32,000 nt of DNA from Nitrosospira multiformis ATCC 25196 (lineage in GTDB: Bacteria; Pseudomonadota; Gammaproteobacteria; Burkholderiales; Nitrosomonadaceae). The notes below the pieces were generated by a model. The model saw only the letters and a list, made by a program, of their open reading frames with translations, did no database searches and was not told where the DNA came from. Below are positions 18,644 through 28,134 of the stretch, piece after piece. The position numbers and the translations under genes are program-made. The DNA is taken from positions 1,980,001 through 2,012,000 of the forward strand of contig NC_007614.1 of NCBI RefSeq assembly GCF_000196355.1, written 5' to 3'. How positions within the stretch are numbered: the stretch's first letter is position 1; every line of letters starts with the position of its first letter.

Positions 18644-18985
18644 ATGTTTTTATACACGGAAACCGATCAGAATCTGCAAGCCTGTATCGATGCATGTAAC
18701 CATTGTTATCGCACCTGCTTGCGAATGGCCATGAACCATTGCCTCGAAGCAGGCGGCAAACATGTCGAGGCCGATCACCTCCGCTTGATGATGAATTGTG
18801 CGGAAATCTGCCAGACGTCGCTGAATTTCATGCTCAGCGGCTCCCGATTCAGTCCCAAGGTTTGTGGCGTCTGTGCCGAAATTTGCGACGCTTGTGCTAA
18901 AAGCTGCGAACAGCTGGATGGAATGGAAGAGTGTGTGCAAACTTGCCGCCAGTGCGCGGAGCACTGCCGCAAGATGGCAGCATAA
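18644..18985 (+). CDS. Cysteine-rich four-helix-bundle metal (copper)-binding protein, DUF326-like
   Basis: 113 aa from ATG 18644, which sits 6 nt after a perfect AAGGAG (18632-18637). The ORF track starts earlier at 18626. There are 16 Cys in CxxC/CxxxC spacing (ACIDACNHCYRTC ... VCGVCAEICDACAKSC ... ECVQTCRQCAEHC). Divergent from the CDF gene. Confidence 0.7.
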   Translation: MFLYTETDQNLQACIDACNHCYRTCLRMAMNHCLEAGGKHVEADHLRLMMNCAEICQTSLNFMLSGSRFSPKVCGVCAEICDACAKSCEQLDGMEECVQTCRQCAEHCRKMAA

Positions 18986-18998
18986 AAATATACGAAAT

Positions 18999-19187
18999 CT
19001 GTTAGCACTTGGTCTGCTAGCACTTGTTTCGCCAGTCCCATTGCCGCGCGGAAAAACCTGAAGGCGCACGCAAAGGGCATGGTGAACCTGGGTCGCACTT
19101 TGCGAGGCTGCCTTGCTCTATGAGGCGGCGGCGTATGCTCGCGCCGAATAAAATCGGCTTCGTCGAGCATAAAACAAGTGCTAACAG
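18999..19187. repeat. Short inverted-repeat-bounded element (MITE-like or operator pair)
   Basis: CTGTTAGCACTTG (18999-19011) and CTGCTAGCACTTGTTT (19014-19029) are tandem direct copies. AAACAAGTGCTAACAG (19172-19187) is the reverse complement of the second copy (15 of 16 matches to it, 13 of 13 to the first copy). Confidence 0.5.
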
Positions 19188-19238
19188 TTCCTGAATCCGT
19201 CATGTACTCCATCTGTTGGAATAACCACGTTTTCAACT

Positions 19239-19265
19239 GAACTAATTTATACTACGCGTGTCTGT
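19239..19265 (+). promoter_or_regulatory. Candidate sigma-E (AlgU/RpoE)-dependent autoregulatory promoter
   Basis: GAACTA (19239-19244), 16 nt, then (g)TCTGT (19261-19265). The ECF sigma-E consensus is GAACTT-N16-TCTGA/TCTAA. It lies about 130 bp upstream of the rpoE ATG. Confidence 0.45.
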
Positions 19266-19394
19266 TCACTCAGACCGCGGACGATAGACCGGTGCGTAAT
19301 TCCCGATGGGCTCCTGAACGGGTATACTTGGCTGAGCTGCCTTATAACGAAGCAGTTACAAGTAAGAGATTCGTCAATTCAGGAATTAGGTGGC

Positions 19395-19997
19395 ATGGGT
19401 GACCGGGAAATCGATCAGCAACTGGTGGAACGTGCGCAACACGGGGACAAGCAGGCCTTCGATCTTCTGGTGATCAAGTACCAGCGCAAGCTTGCGCGTC
19501 TCCTTTCGCAATTCATCAGGGATCCGTCGGAAGTAGAGGATGTGACTCAGGAGGCCTTCATCAAGGCTTACCGTGCGCTACCGTCGTTCCGTGGAGACAG
19601 TGCATTTTATACCTGGTTGTACAGGATAGGCATCAATACTGCCAAGAATTTTCTGGTTGCTCAAGGACGGCGGGCGCCTACCACTACTACAGGATTCGAC
19701 AGCGAAGAGGCCGAAGGTTTTGAAGAAGCGAGCCAGCTTCGCGAAATGAACACGCCCGAGAGCGAACTGACAAGCAAGCAGATCGCTCAAACGGTGAACC
19801 AAACGCTGGAAGAATTGCCTGAAGAACTGCGAACGGCAATTACGTTGAGAGAAATTGAGGGACTGAGCTACGAGGAAATCGCAGCGATCATGAATTGTCC
19901 TATCGGCACGGTCCGTTCGCGAATATTTCGTGCACGGGAAGCAATAGCGGAAAAACTGCGCCCCTTGCTGGGGACTGGTAAAGATAAGAGGTGGTAA
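19395..19997 (+). CDS. rpoE: ECF sigma factor RpoE/AlgU (sigma-24)
   Basis: 200 aa. DQQLVERAQHGDKQAFDLLVIKYQRKL, EDVTQEAFIKAYRAL, FYTWLYRIGINTAKN, and the C-terminal GLSYEEIAAIMNCPIGTVRSRIFRAREAI are classic RpoE regions 2 and 4. Confidence 0.95.
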   Translation: MGDREIDQQLVERAQHGDKQAFDLLVIKYQRKLARLLSQFIRDPSEVEDVTQEAFIKAYRALPSFRGDSAFYTWLYRIGINTAKNFLVAQGRRAPTTTTGFDSEEAEGFEEASQLREMNTPESELTSKQIAQTVNQTLEELPEELRTAITLREIEGLSYEEIAAIMNCPIGTVRSRIFRAREAIAEKLRPLLGTGKDKRW

Positions 19998-19998
19998 T

Positions 19999-20565
19999 AT
20001 GCAAGAAAAAATATCGGCATTGATGGATGGTGAACTGGACGCGGGCGATGCCTCGGCAATGATCGAGCAATTCAAGAACGCGGAGGAATTACGGGAATAC
20101 TGGATTGCCTACCACCTGATCAGCGATGCATTGGGTCAGTCGGAGGTCAAACCATTAGACATTACGCGACGAGTTAACGCAAGACTGGTAGCGGAACCTG
20201 CGGTATTCGCAGTGTCAAGCACAACATTGCCTTATCCGGCACCGAAGCGCAGGCCAAGAGCCTACGCTGCTGCAGCCTCCATCGCAGCAGCGATGGTGGG
20301 TGGATGGATAATTCTGCAAACGACGCAAGAGCCGGATCTTCTGAGGCAGAATCTGGCCGATAACAGGACGTCGCCCTCGACTTCTGCAGCCACCACTCTC
20401 GCACCCGTTGCCACTTATCCGGCAATTCCCGCCAAAGCTTCCATCGCCGCGTCCGAATCTGCGCAAATCAACGACTATCTCCTGGCGCATCAGCAATTCT
20501 CGCCTAGCACCACCATGCACGGAGCAATCCCCTTCATGCGTACAGCTGCGGAAAGCGCGCGATAA
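19999..20565 (+). CDS. rseA: Anti-sigma-E factor RseA/MucA
   Basis: Starts 1 nt after the rpoE stop. The N-terminus MQEKISALMDGELD... is the RseA/MucA hallmark. A central hydrophobic TM segment (AAAASIAAAMVGGWIIL) is present. Confidence 0.85.
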   Translation: MQEKISALMDGELDAGDASAMIEQFKNAEELREYWIAYHLISDALGQSEVKPLDITRRVNARLVAEPAVFAVSSTTLPYPAPKRRPRAYAAAASIAAAMVGGWIILQTTQEPDLLRQNLADNRTSPSTSAATTLAPVATYPAIPAKASIAASESAQINDYLLAHQQFSPSTTMHGAIPFMRTAAESAR

Positions 20566-20574
20566 CGTTCCCAG

Positions 20575-21561
20575 ATGACACAGGTTTCACTGTCTTCCCT
20601 GCTGCTGACAGTTATCGTTCAATCCGCATTTGCGCAGAATCCCTCCAGTTCATCCCCCTCATCCCCCGAGGCGCTTAACTGGCTGCAAAAGATTGCCGCC
20701 GCCCCCCGCCATTACAACTATGTCGGGACATTCGTCTATTCATCCGAGGGTCAGATAGAGACATCTCGCATCATCCATCTGGTGAATGAGGAAGGGGAGC
20801 AGGAAAAAAGCATGGTGCTGGATGGTCCTCCCCGTGAGATTATCCGCAACAACGACGAAATGAGATGTTATCTTCCGGAAAACAAGACCGTGGTGACGGA
20901 AAAACGATGGCTGCGAAAAGTTTTTCCCGCGCTGCTGCCTCAACCGCTGATCAATCTTGACCACAACTATGTCGTCAAGAAAGGCAAGCAGGAGCGGGTC
21001 AGCGACTATGCCAGCCAGATCATCGAGTTGGAGCCCAGGGATGACAAGCGTTATGGTCAGAAATTATGGATGGATCCCAATACCGGCCTGTTGCTGAAAG
21101 CCGCCGTAATGGATAAAGGGCGGGTGGTGGAACAATTTGTATTCACCGACCTGAAAATTGGCGGTGAAATAGACAAAAGCCTGTTGAAATCCCAATATTC
21201 GGGCCAAGCTGCCGAATGGCGCAAGACAAATCTTGTCTCCTCGACACAGGGAAGCGGAAAACTTGGCTGGCAAGTCAAAGATCCGCCTCCAGGATTCAAA
21301 AAGATTGTGGAAATGAAACGTAATCTCTCCGGCAAATCCCGTCCTGTTGCGCATATTGCTCTGTCGGATGGTCTTGCTGCTGTCTCGGTATTTATCGAGC
21401 CCAGTTCGGGAGAGGCTTCCTCTCCTGTCGAGGGCCTCTATCACAGCCGCGGCGCGATCAACATCTATACACGTACTCTCGGTGACAACAGGGTAACTGC
21501 CATAGGCGAAGTACCGCCGGCCACTGTAATGCAAATCGGTAATTCTGTTACCAGTCGCTAG
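20575..21561 (+). CDS. rseB: Sigma-E regulatory protein RseB/MucB
   Basis: 328 aa. Signal peptide (LLLTVIVQSAFAQ). Has WLQKIAAAPRHYNYVGTFVY and MucB/RseB-like blocks. Operon position fits. Confidence 0.85.
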   Translation: MTQVSLSSLLLTVIVQSAFAQNPSSSSPSSPEALNWLQKIAAAPRHYNYVGTFVYSSEGQIETSRIIHLVNEEGEQEKSMVLDGPPREIIRNNDEMRCYLPENKTVVTEKRWLRKVFPALLPQPLINLDHNYVVKKGKQERVSDYASQIIELEPRDDKRYGQKLWMDPNTGLLLKAAVMDKGRVVEQFVFTDLKIGGEIDKSLLKSQYSGQAAEWRKTNLVSSTQGSGKLGWQVKDPPPGFKKIVEMKRNLSGKSRPVAHIALSDGLAAVSVFIEPSSGEASSPVEGLYHSRGAINIYTRTLGDNRVTAIGEVPPATVMQIGNSVTSR

Positions 21562-21685
21562 GTGGCCCTAAAGACCGTCGGGTCGGCTCGGATTGAATGC
21601 AGTCCTGGTACCAGGTACTACTATTCCCTTATTTTGGGCAGATGGATGAAGGATTCACCCGTTTTTACTCCATGGAAGAAAAAGT

Positions 21686-23107
21686 ATGATTGCTAAATTT
21701 TTACTGGTGGTGCTGCTTGGATTATCCACGAGCGTGTTTGCCCAGGCGCCGGCGCGTGAATTGCCGGATTTTACCGGGTTGGTGGAAAGAGAAGGACCCT
21801 CGGTCGTAAACATCAGCACCGTTCAGTCAGGCAACTCAACCACGGAACGGGCTTTTCCGGGAATACCGAACATACCCGAGGATGATCCGTTTTTCGAGTT
21901 TTTCCGGAGACACATGCAGCCGCATGGAGGAATGCCACGAGATTTCGAATCCAGATCGGTAGGCTCCGGCTTTATTATCAGTTCGGATGGCTATATTCTG
22001 ACAAATACCCATCTGGTGGATGGAGCCGATGAAATCAATGTGAAGCTTACGGACAAACGGGAGTTCCGGGCAAAGCTCATCGGCGCGGATCGCAAGACGG
22101 ATATTGCTCTCCTCAAGATCGATGCTACCGGACTGCCGAAAGTCACCCAGGGGGATCCCAATAACATGAAGGTAGGAGAATGGGTGGTAGCGATCGGATC
22201 ACCGTTCGGCTTTGAAAACAGCGTCACTGCCGGAATTGTCAGCGCCAAAGGACGCTCTCTGGCACAGGAGAATTTCGTGCCCTTCATCCAGACGGATGTC
22301 GCGATCAACCCCGGGAATTCCGGCGGACCGCTATTCAATATGAACGGTGAGGTGGTCGGTGTCAATTCCCAGATCTACAGTCGCACGGGTGGATTCATGG
22401 GTTTGTCATTCGCCATTCCCATCGATGTTGCCCGGGATATATCGAATCAGTTGATTGCGAGCGGCAAGGTAAGCCGAGGCAGAATCGGCGTGCTGATTCA
22501 GGAAATCACAAAGGAACTGGCGGAATCGTTCGGTTTACCCAAGCCAGCCGGCGCGCTGGTAGCTTCTGTCCAGAAAGGCGGCCCGGCAGACAAGGCAGGC
22601 ATTCAAGCACGGGATGTCATTCTCAAGTTCGACGGCAAGACCGTGAATTCCTCGGGCGATCTGCCACGCATAGTAGGCTCGACCAAGCCAGGCACGAAAG
22701 TGCAGATGCAGGTGTGGCGAAATGGGTCGACCAAGGAGTTCACGATTACAGTGGATGAGCTTCCGGAGGATGAAAAACCGGCAGCGCGTTCTGGAAAGCG
22801 GGGCAAGACGCCGGATACAGCGAATCGCATCGGCTTGAGCCTGATCGAGTTGACTCCCGATCAGAAGAAGGAACTGGAAACTGAAAGCGGGCTTCTGGTC
22901 GAGGACATGGTGCCTGGTATCGCGAGTCGCGCGGGGGTCAGACCCGGTGATGTCATTCTGAGCATCAATAATCAGGATGTCAAAACGGTTGATCAATTCA
23001 ACCAGTTGCTCAACAAGGTCGAGAAAGGACGCAATATCGCCCTGCTGGTCAAACGCGGTGATACAGCCACCTTCATTACCATGAAGATGAATGGTGAACA
23101 CAGATAA
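21686..23107 (+). CDS. degP: Periplasmic serine endoprotease DegP/MucD (HtrA family, two PDZ domains)
   Basis: 473 aa with a signal peptide. Catalytic triad contexts are TNTHLV, DIALLKI and GNSGGPL. Two PDZ-like regions follow. Confidence 0.9.
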   Translation: MIAKFLLVVLLGLSTSVFAQAPARELPDFTGLVEREGPSVVNISTVQSGNSTTERAFPGIPNIPEDDPFFEFFRRHMQPHGGMPRDFESRSVGSGFIISSDGYILTNTHLVDGADEINVKLTDKREFRAKLIGADRKTDIALLKIDATGLPKVTQGDPNNMKVGEWVVAIGSPFGFENSVTAGIVSAKGRSLAQENFVPFIQTDVAINPGNSGGPLFNMNGEVVGVNSQIYSRTGGFMGLSFAIPIDVARDISNQLIASGKVSRGRIGVLIQEITKELAESFGLPKPAGALVASVQKGGPADKAGIQARDVILKFDGKTVNSSGDLPRIVGSTKPGTKVQMQVWRNGSTKEFTITVDELPEDEKPAARSGKRGKTPDTANRIGLSLIELTPDQKKELETESGLLVEDMVPGIASRAGVRPGDVILSINNQDVKTVDQFNQLLNKVEKGRNIALLVKRGDTATFITMKMNGEHR

Positions 23108-23371
23108 ATGACTGTCCCCGATCCTGATCTCCCTGTCTTGCTGACAGTCTATGGCCGGGAACACTGCCACCTCTGCCAGGACATGCTCGCGGCCCTGCAG
23201 GAATTGAAGGCAAGCCATCCTTTTCAGCTCGAAGTCGTGGATGTGGATAGCGACAGCGATCTGCAATCGCGCTATGGGCAACGCGTTCCCGTGTTGATGG
23301 CCGGGGACAGTGAAATTTGCCACTATCACCTCGACCTGAATGCGTTTGACCGGATATTTCAGCGAATCTAA
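23108..23371 (+). CDS. Glutaredoxin-like small thiol-disulfide protein (DUF836-like, CxxC)
   Basis: 87 aa with CHLC in VYGREHCHLCQDM, a thioredoxin-fold N-terminal pattern. The ATG directly abuts the degP TAA (TAAATG at 23105-23110). Confidence 0.65.
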   Translation: MTVPDPDLPVLLTVYGREHCHLCQDMLAALQELKASHPFQLEVVDVDSDSDLQSRYGQRVPVLMAGDSEICHYHLDLNAFDRIFQRI

Positions 23372-23406
23372 AAATAGCACGTCTGTTCTTTTGTGAAAGC
23401 GGTGAG

Positions 23407-23438
23407 CGCCTCCTTCCCCTTCATCGGGGAAGGAGGCG
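23407..23438 (+). other. Perfect 13-bp GC-rich stem-loop
   Basis: CGCCTCCTTCCCC (23407-23419), loop TTCATC, GGGGAAGGAGGCG (23426-23438). It begins 36 nt after the glutaredoxin-like stop. No U-tract on either strand. Confidence 0.7.
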
Positions 23439-23548
23439 ATACGCCAAGTGAGCAGGTGCTTATTTCCTCAAAATTCGCTAAAATGTCCGTCTTGAACAAG
23501 AATTTGCAGGGACCGGATATACGTGCGACCAGAGGGCCACGCCATGAG

Positions 23549-23572
23549 AGGGCACACCATGTGCCCTTTTTT
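23549..23572 (+). terminator. Rho-independent terminator
   Basis: GGGCACA (23550-23556), loop CCA, TGTGCCC (23560-23566), followed by TTTTTT (23567-23572). It ends 64 nt before the lepA start. Confidence 0.7.
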
Positions 23573-23635
23573 GATTGCCGGTGAATTCCGGCATCGTCCT
23601 GTTATCATCCTCTTCCCTTGCTATCCCGATTCCTG

Positions 23636-25429
23636 ATGCAGCACATCCGCAACTTTTCCATCATCGCCCATATCGATCACGGCAAGTCCACGCTCGCAGA
23701 CCGCATCATCCATTTATGCGGGGGGTTATCCGACCGGGAAATGGAAGAACAGGTGCTGGACTCGATGGAACTGGAGCGCGAGCGCGGAATCACCATCAAG
23801 GCGCAGACGGCGGCTCTGGAATACAAATCCCGTGACGGCAGCAGCTATCTGCTGAATCTGATCGATACGCCCGGCCACGTCGACTTCTCCTATGAAGTAT
23901 CGCGCTCGCTCGCAGCCTGCGAGGGAGCCCTTCTGGTAGTTGATGCTTCCCAGGGCGTGGAAGCCCAAACTGTTGCAAATTGCTACACCGCAATCGAACA
24001 GGGTGTGGAAGTCATACCGGTACTGAACAAGATCGATCTGCCCGCTGCCGAACCGGAACGCGTCATCAAGGAAATTGAAGATATCATTGGCATAGAAGCA
24101 CAGGATGCCGTGCGGGCAAGCGCAAAAACCGGTGTCGGCGTGGAGGATATCCTGGAAGCGGTCATTTCGCGCATTCCCCCGCCGAAAGGGAATCCGGAAG
24201 CACCCCTGAAAGCCCTTATCATCGATTCCTGGTTCGACAACTATGTAGGCGTGGTAATGCTGGTGCGGGTAATGGATGGGGTATTGAAGCCTAAGGACAG
24301 AATATTGCTGATGGCCAGTAAAACCACCCACTTGTGTGAACAGGTAGGCGTATTTACGCCCAAATCCAGAAACCGGGAATCTCTCAGCGCCGGGGAAGTG
24401 GGCTTCATTATTTCCGGAATCAAGGAGTTGAAGTCTGCCAAAGTCGGCGATACGGTAACACTCGTTGACCGCCCCGCCCCCCAACCGCTGCTCGGCTTCA
24501 AGGAGATCAAACCGCAGGTGTTCGCCGGACTCTACCCCGTGGAATCCAACCAGTACGACGCCCTGCGCGATGCGCTGGAGAAGTTGAAACTCAATGATTC
24601 TTCATTGCAATACGAGCCGGAAACGTCGCAGGCGCTGGGATTCGGTTTTCGCTGCGGCTTTCTCGGGCTCCTTCATCTCGACATCGTACAGGAAAGACTG
24701 GAGCGGGAATACGACATGAACCTGATCACCACTGCGCCCACGGTGGTGTATCAGGTCGTGCTGCGCGATGGATCAGTCATTGAAATTGAAAACCCATCCA
24801 GATTGCCTGATCTCTCAAAAATAGAGCAGATTCGTGAGCCGATCATCACGGCAACCATCCTCGTCCCGCAGGAATATGTCGGATCGGTCATTACGCTTTG
24901 CATCAGCAAGCGGGGAATCCAGAAGAATATGCAATATATGGGCAGGCAGGTCATGCTGACCTATGAAATCCCGCTCAATGAAGTCGTCATGGATTTCTTC
25001 GACAGGTTAAAATCGACCAGCCGCGGTTACGCTTCACTGGATTATGAATTCAAGGAGTTCAGGGCTTCCGATCTCGTCAAGCTGGATATCCTCATCAATG
25101 GCGAGCGTGTGGACGCCCTGTCGCTGATTGTGCACCGTGCGAGCAGCCAGTACCGCGGACGGGAACTCGCGCAGAAAATGCGTGAATTGATTCCCCGGCA
25201 GATGTTCGATATCGCTGTTCAAGCTGCCATAGGCTCGCACATTATCGCCAGGGAAAGTATCAAGGCTTTGCGCAAGAATGTGCTGGCCAAATGCTATGGC
25301 GGCGATATCACGCGTAAACGCAAGCTTCTGGAAAAACAGAAAGCCGGTAAAAAGCGCATGAAGCAAGTCGGGAATGTCGAAATTCCGCAGGAAGCGTTTC
25401 TCGCCATTCTGCAGGTTGGAGAAAAGTAG
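23636..25429 (+). CDS. lepA: Elongation factor 4 (LepA)
   Basis: [23 protein letters not shown]..., DTPGHVDF and NKIDL GTPase motifs. The result is 597 aa from ATG 23636. The ORF-track start at 23618 is a TTG six codons upstream. Confidence 0.95.
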   Translation: MQHIRNFSIIAHIDHGKSTLADRIIHLCGGLSDREMEEQVLDSMELERERGITIKAQTAALEYKSRDGSSYLLNLIDTPGHVDFSYEVSRSLAACEGALLVVDASQGVEAQTVANCYTAIEQGVEVIPVLNKIDLPAAEPERVIKEIEDIIGIEAQDAVRASAKTGVGVEDILEAVISRIPPPKGNPEAPLKALIIDSWFDNYVGVVMLVRVMDGVLKPKDRILLMASKTTHLCEQVGVFTPKSRNRESLSAGEVGFIISGIKELKSAKVGDTVTLVDRPAPQPLLGFKEIKPQVFAGLYPVESNQYDALRDALEKLKLNDSSLQYEPETSQALGFGFRCGFLGLLHLDIVQERLEREYDMNLITTAPTVVYQVVLRDGSVIEIENPSRLPDLSKIEQIREPIITATILVPQEYVGSVITLCISKRGIQKNMQYMGRQVMLTYEIPLNEVVMDFFDRLKSTSRGYASLDYEFKEFRASDLVKLDILINGERVDALSLIVHRASSQYRGRELAQKMRELIPRQMFDIAVQAAIGSHIIARESIKALRKNVLAKCYGGDITRKRKLLEKQKAGKKRMKQVGNVEIPQEAFLAILQVGEK

Positions 25430-25537
25430 TTCAAACAATACGATGGATCGCCTTCAACAAGGGGCACATGCTCACCAGGAAAATCCCGTTTCCGGGAGAG
25501 CAATGGACTGTTCACCCGAAGGGAATAAGGAACAAGA

Positions 25538-26344
25538 ATGAACTTTCCGCTCATTATGCTGATATTGCTGTTAATCACCGGCAGTATCGCCCTGCTCGAT
25601 CGTACCGTGCTGCACCGACACCGCGCGCCGGGAGACCAGGGGCCATGGTGGGTGGAGTATCCGAAAAGCTTTTTCCCGGTGATTCTTGTCGTGTTCTGCC
25701 TGCGCTCTTTCCTGGTTGAGCCTTTCAAAATCCCCTCGGGCTCGATGATTCCGACTCTGCTGGTAGGAGACTTCATTCTCGTCAATAAATATACTTATGG
25801 TATCCGATTGCCGGTCGCCAACGTCAAGCTGATGGATATAAACTCCCCTCAGCGTGGAGAGGTCATGGTTTTCCGCTACCCGGTCGATCCCTCCATGGAT
25901 TACATTAAGCGTATCGTAGGGATACCGGGAGATATCATCACCTATCGTGACAAGCAGCTGAGCGTCAACAACGTGCCGGTGAGGATGGAGCCGAACGGGG
26001 AATATACCTATGTGGAATCGGGCCTGAAATTCGTTTACAGCCGCAGCTATACGGAGTCACTCGGAAATCACCGCTATAATGTCCTTATCAATCCCCTGGA
26101 GGAGCATAGTATCCAGCTAGGGGGCGTGCTTCCCTTCCCCCATCATGAAAATTGCAGCTATAACGATCGTGGATTTACCTGCAAGGTTCCTCCCGGCAAC
26201 TACTTTGCCATGGGAGACAACCGCGACAGCAGCAGTGACAGTCGTTATTGGGGATTCGTACCCGACCAGAACATTGTGGGCAAGGCTTTCATGATCTGGT
26301 GGAATTTCAGCGACCTGAAACGCATCGGATTATCGATCAAGTAA
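25538..26344 (+). CDS. lepB: Signal peptidase I
   Basis: 268 aa. SGSMIPTL (catalytic Ser), YIKRIVGIPGD (catalytic Lys) and GDNRDSSSDSRYWGFV boxes. Confidence 0.95.
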   Translation: MNFPLIMLILLLITGSIALLDRTVLHRHRAPGDQGPWWVEYPKSFFPVILVVFCLRSFLVEPFKIPSGSMIPTLLVGDFILVNKYTYGIRLPVANVKLMDINSPQRGEVMVFRYPVDPSMDYIKRIVGIPGDIITYRDKQLSVNNVPVRMEPNGEYTYVESGLKFVYSRSYTESLGNHRYNVLINPLEEHSIQLGGVLPFPHHENCSYNDRGFTCKVPPGNYFAMGDNRDSSSDSRYWGFVPDQNIVGKAFMIWWNFSDLKRIGLSIK

Positions 26345-26416
26345 TTCGGGCGGCAATCAGGACCTTGAGCATGTGGTGGATCAGTCGCCATAATTGGTCG
26401 GAGGGGACGCGCAAAA

Positions 26417-27109
26417 TTGGGGACAGCTTACCGGAATACGGAGAGTGCGGCACTGTGCCGGAAACTCGGTTACACCTTCCGTCGACCCGAACTGCTGCGG
26501 CAAGCCCTGACGCACCGCAGCCACAGCATACCTCACAACGAACGGCTTGAATTTCTGGGTGACGCCGTCCTCAACTGCGCCGTCGCCGGATTGATATTCC
26601 ATCATTTTCCCGATCTCAGCGAAGGTAGTTTGTCCCGGATACGGGCAAACCTCGTAAACCAGAAGATGCTGGCCGAACTGGCGCAAACGCTTGAGCTGGG
26701 AAAGCTTATCCGATTTGGCGAAGGTGAGCTCAAAAGTGGAGGAGACAAGCGGCCTTCGATTCTTGCGGATGCGCTGGAAGCTGTGATTGGCGCCATATAT
26801 CTCGACGCGGGTTTTGAGCAGGCCGAGAAGACAGTTGAAAATCTTTTCATTCCCTCCCTGGGGGAGCTGAACACCCATGCCCTCGGCAAGGATCCCAAAA
26901 CCCTTTTGCAGGAATATCTCCAGAGCCGCAAGCTGGCGCTACCCCGGTATGCTGTCGTTGCTACCCGAGGCGAAGCTCACCAGCAGCAGTTTCAGGTGGA
27001 ATGCGTGATTTCCCGGCCTCAAATCCGCACCCTGGGCGAAGGCACGAGCCGTCGCAGTGCGGAACAGCACGCGGCCCGGCAAGCTTATGAGCAACTCCAG
27101 TCGCATTAG
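26417..27109 (+). CDS. rnc: Ribonuclease III
   Basis: [10 protein letters not shown] and the [12 protein letters not shown] signature, with a C-terminal dsRBD ([10 protein letters not shown]...). The start is a TTG and there is no in-frame ATG nearby. Confidence 0.9.
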   Translation: MGTAYRNTESAALCRKLGYTFRRPELLRQALTHRSHSIPHNERLEFLGDAVLNCAVAGLIFHHFPDLSEGSLSRIRANLVNQKMLAELAQTLELGKLIRFGEGELKSGGDKRPSILADALEAVIGAIYLDAGFEQAEKTVENLFIPSLGELNTHALGKDPKTLLQEYLQSRKLALPRYAVVATRGEAHQQQFQVECVISRPQIRTLGEGTSRRSAEQHAARQAYEQLQSH

Positions 27110-27223
27110 AACTGCCTTTCGTGCTTTTCTGGACTGTGAAGCGCTTCCTGCCACAGCCAAAATATTCCAACAGCAAGGCTGCGAGGGAGTTACCCGAATG
27201 TATATGACGCAAAACCTCTTCTG

Positions 27224-28132
27224 ATGAACACTGAAGCTTCCCTTGCAGACCCTGTTTATCGCAGCGGGTATATTGCCATTGTTGGCCGCCCCAACGTAGG
27301 AAAATCCACTCTGTTAAACAGGTTGGTCGGCCAAAAGATCAGTATTACATCAAAAAAATCCCAGACGACGCGGCACCGCATACATGGAATTTTCACTGAT
27401 GAATACTCCCAGTTTGTTTTTGTCGACACTCCGGGCTTCCAGACACGGCATACAAACCGTTTGAACAGCGGAATGAACCGTCTGGTCACTCAGACGCTGC
27501 GGGATGTGGATATCGTGATACTGGTGATCGAAGCGATGCGCTTCGACGATCGCGACAAGCTGGTGGTGAAACTCCTGCCAAAGAGCAAGCCTGTGGTTCT
27601 TGCCCTGAACAAAATAGACCGCTTGACGGATAAATCCCAACTGCTTCCCTTCCTCGAAAAGATGTCAAAGGAATTTGATTTCGCAGCCATGGTGCCGATA
27701 AGTGCCGAGAATGGAGGGCAGTTGCCCGAATTGATAGCTGCGATACGGCCGCACCTGCCGCAAAATCCGCCATTATTCCTGGAAGATGAAGTAACCGACC
27801 GGGATGAACGCTTCATAGCGGCGGAACTGGTTCGCGAAAAGTTGTTCCGGCTGTTGGGAGAAGAGATTCCTTATTCCACCAGCGTCATCATTGACCAGTT
27901 TACGGTGGAAGACGAGCTGCGCAGGATTCACGCTTCCATTGTGGTCGATAAATCCAGCCAGAAAGCAATTGTCATCGGCAAGGACGGAGAAAAATTGAAG
28001 CTGATCGCTACCCAGGCGCGCAAAGACATGGAAGAAAGCTTCGGTGGCAAGGTTTATCTCAAGATCTGGGTAAAGATCAAAAGCGGCTGGGCCGAAGATG
28101 CACGGATGCTGAAGACGCTCGGGTATGAGTAA
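27224..28132 (+). CDS. era: GTPase Era
   Basis: 302 aa. G1 [11 protein letters not shown]3 DTPG, G4 NKID, and a C-terminal KH domain ([10 protein letters not shown]). Confidence 0.95.
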   Translation: MNTEASLADPVYRSGYIAIVGRPNVGKSTLLNRLVGQKISITSKKSQTTRHRIHGIFTDEYSQFVFVDTPGFQTRHTNRLNSGMNRLVTQTLRDVDIVILVIEAMRFDDRDKLVVKLLPKSKPVVLALNKIDRLTDKSQLLPFLEKMSKEFDFAAMVPISAENGGQLPELIAAIRPHLPQNPPLFLEDEVTDRDERFIAAELVREKLFRLLGEEIPYSTSVIIDQFTVEDELRRIHASIVVDKSSQKAIVIGKDGEKLKLIATQARKDMEESFGGKVYLKIWVKIKSGWAEDARMLKTLGYE

Positions 28133-28134
28133 CC

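Noticed and set aside
18775-19236. 153-aa minus-strand ORF spanning the inverted-repeat element
   Set aside because: More than 200 nt of it (18775-18985) is antisense to the well-supported Cys-rich four-helix-bundle gene. It has no RBS or recognisable domain.
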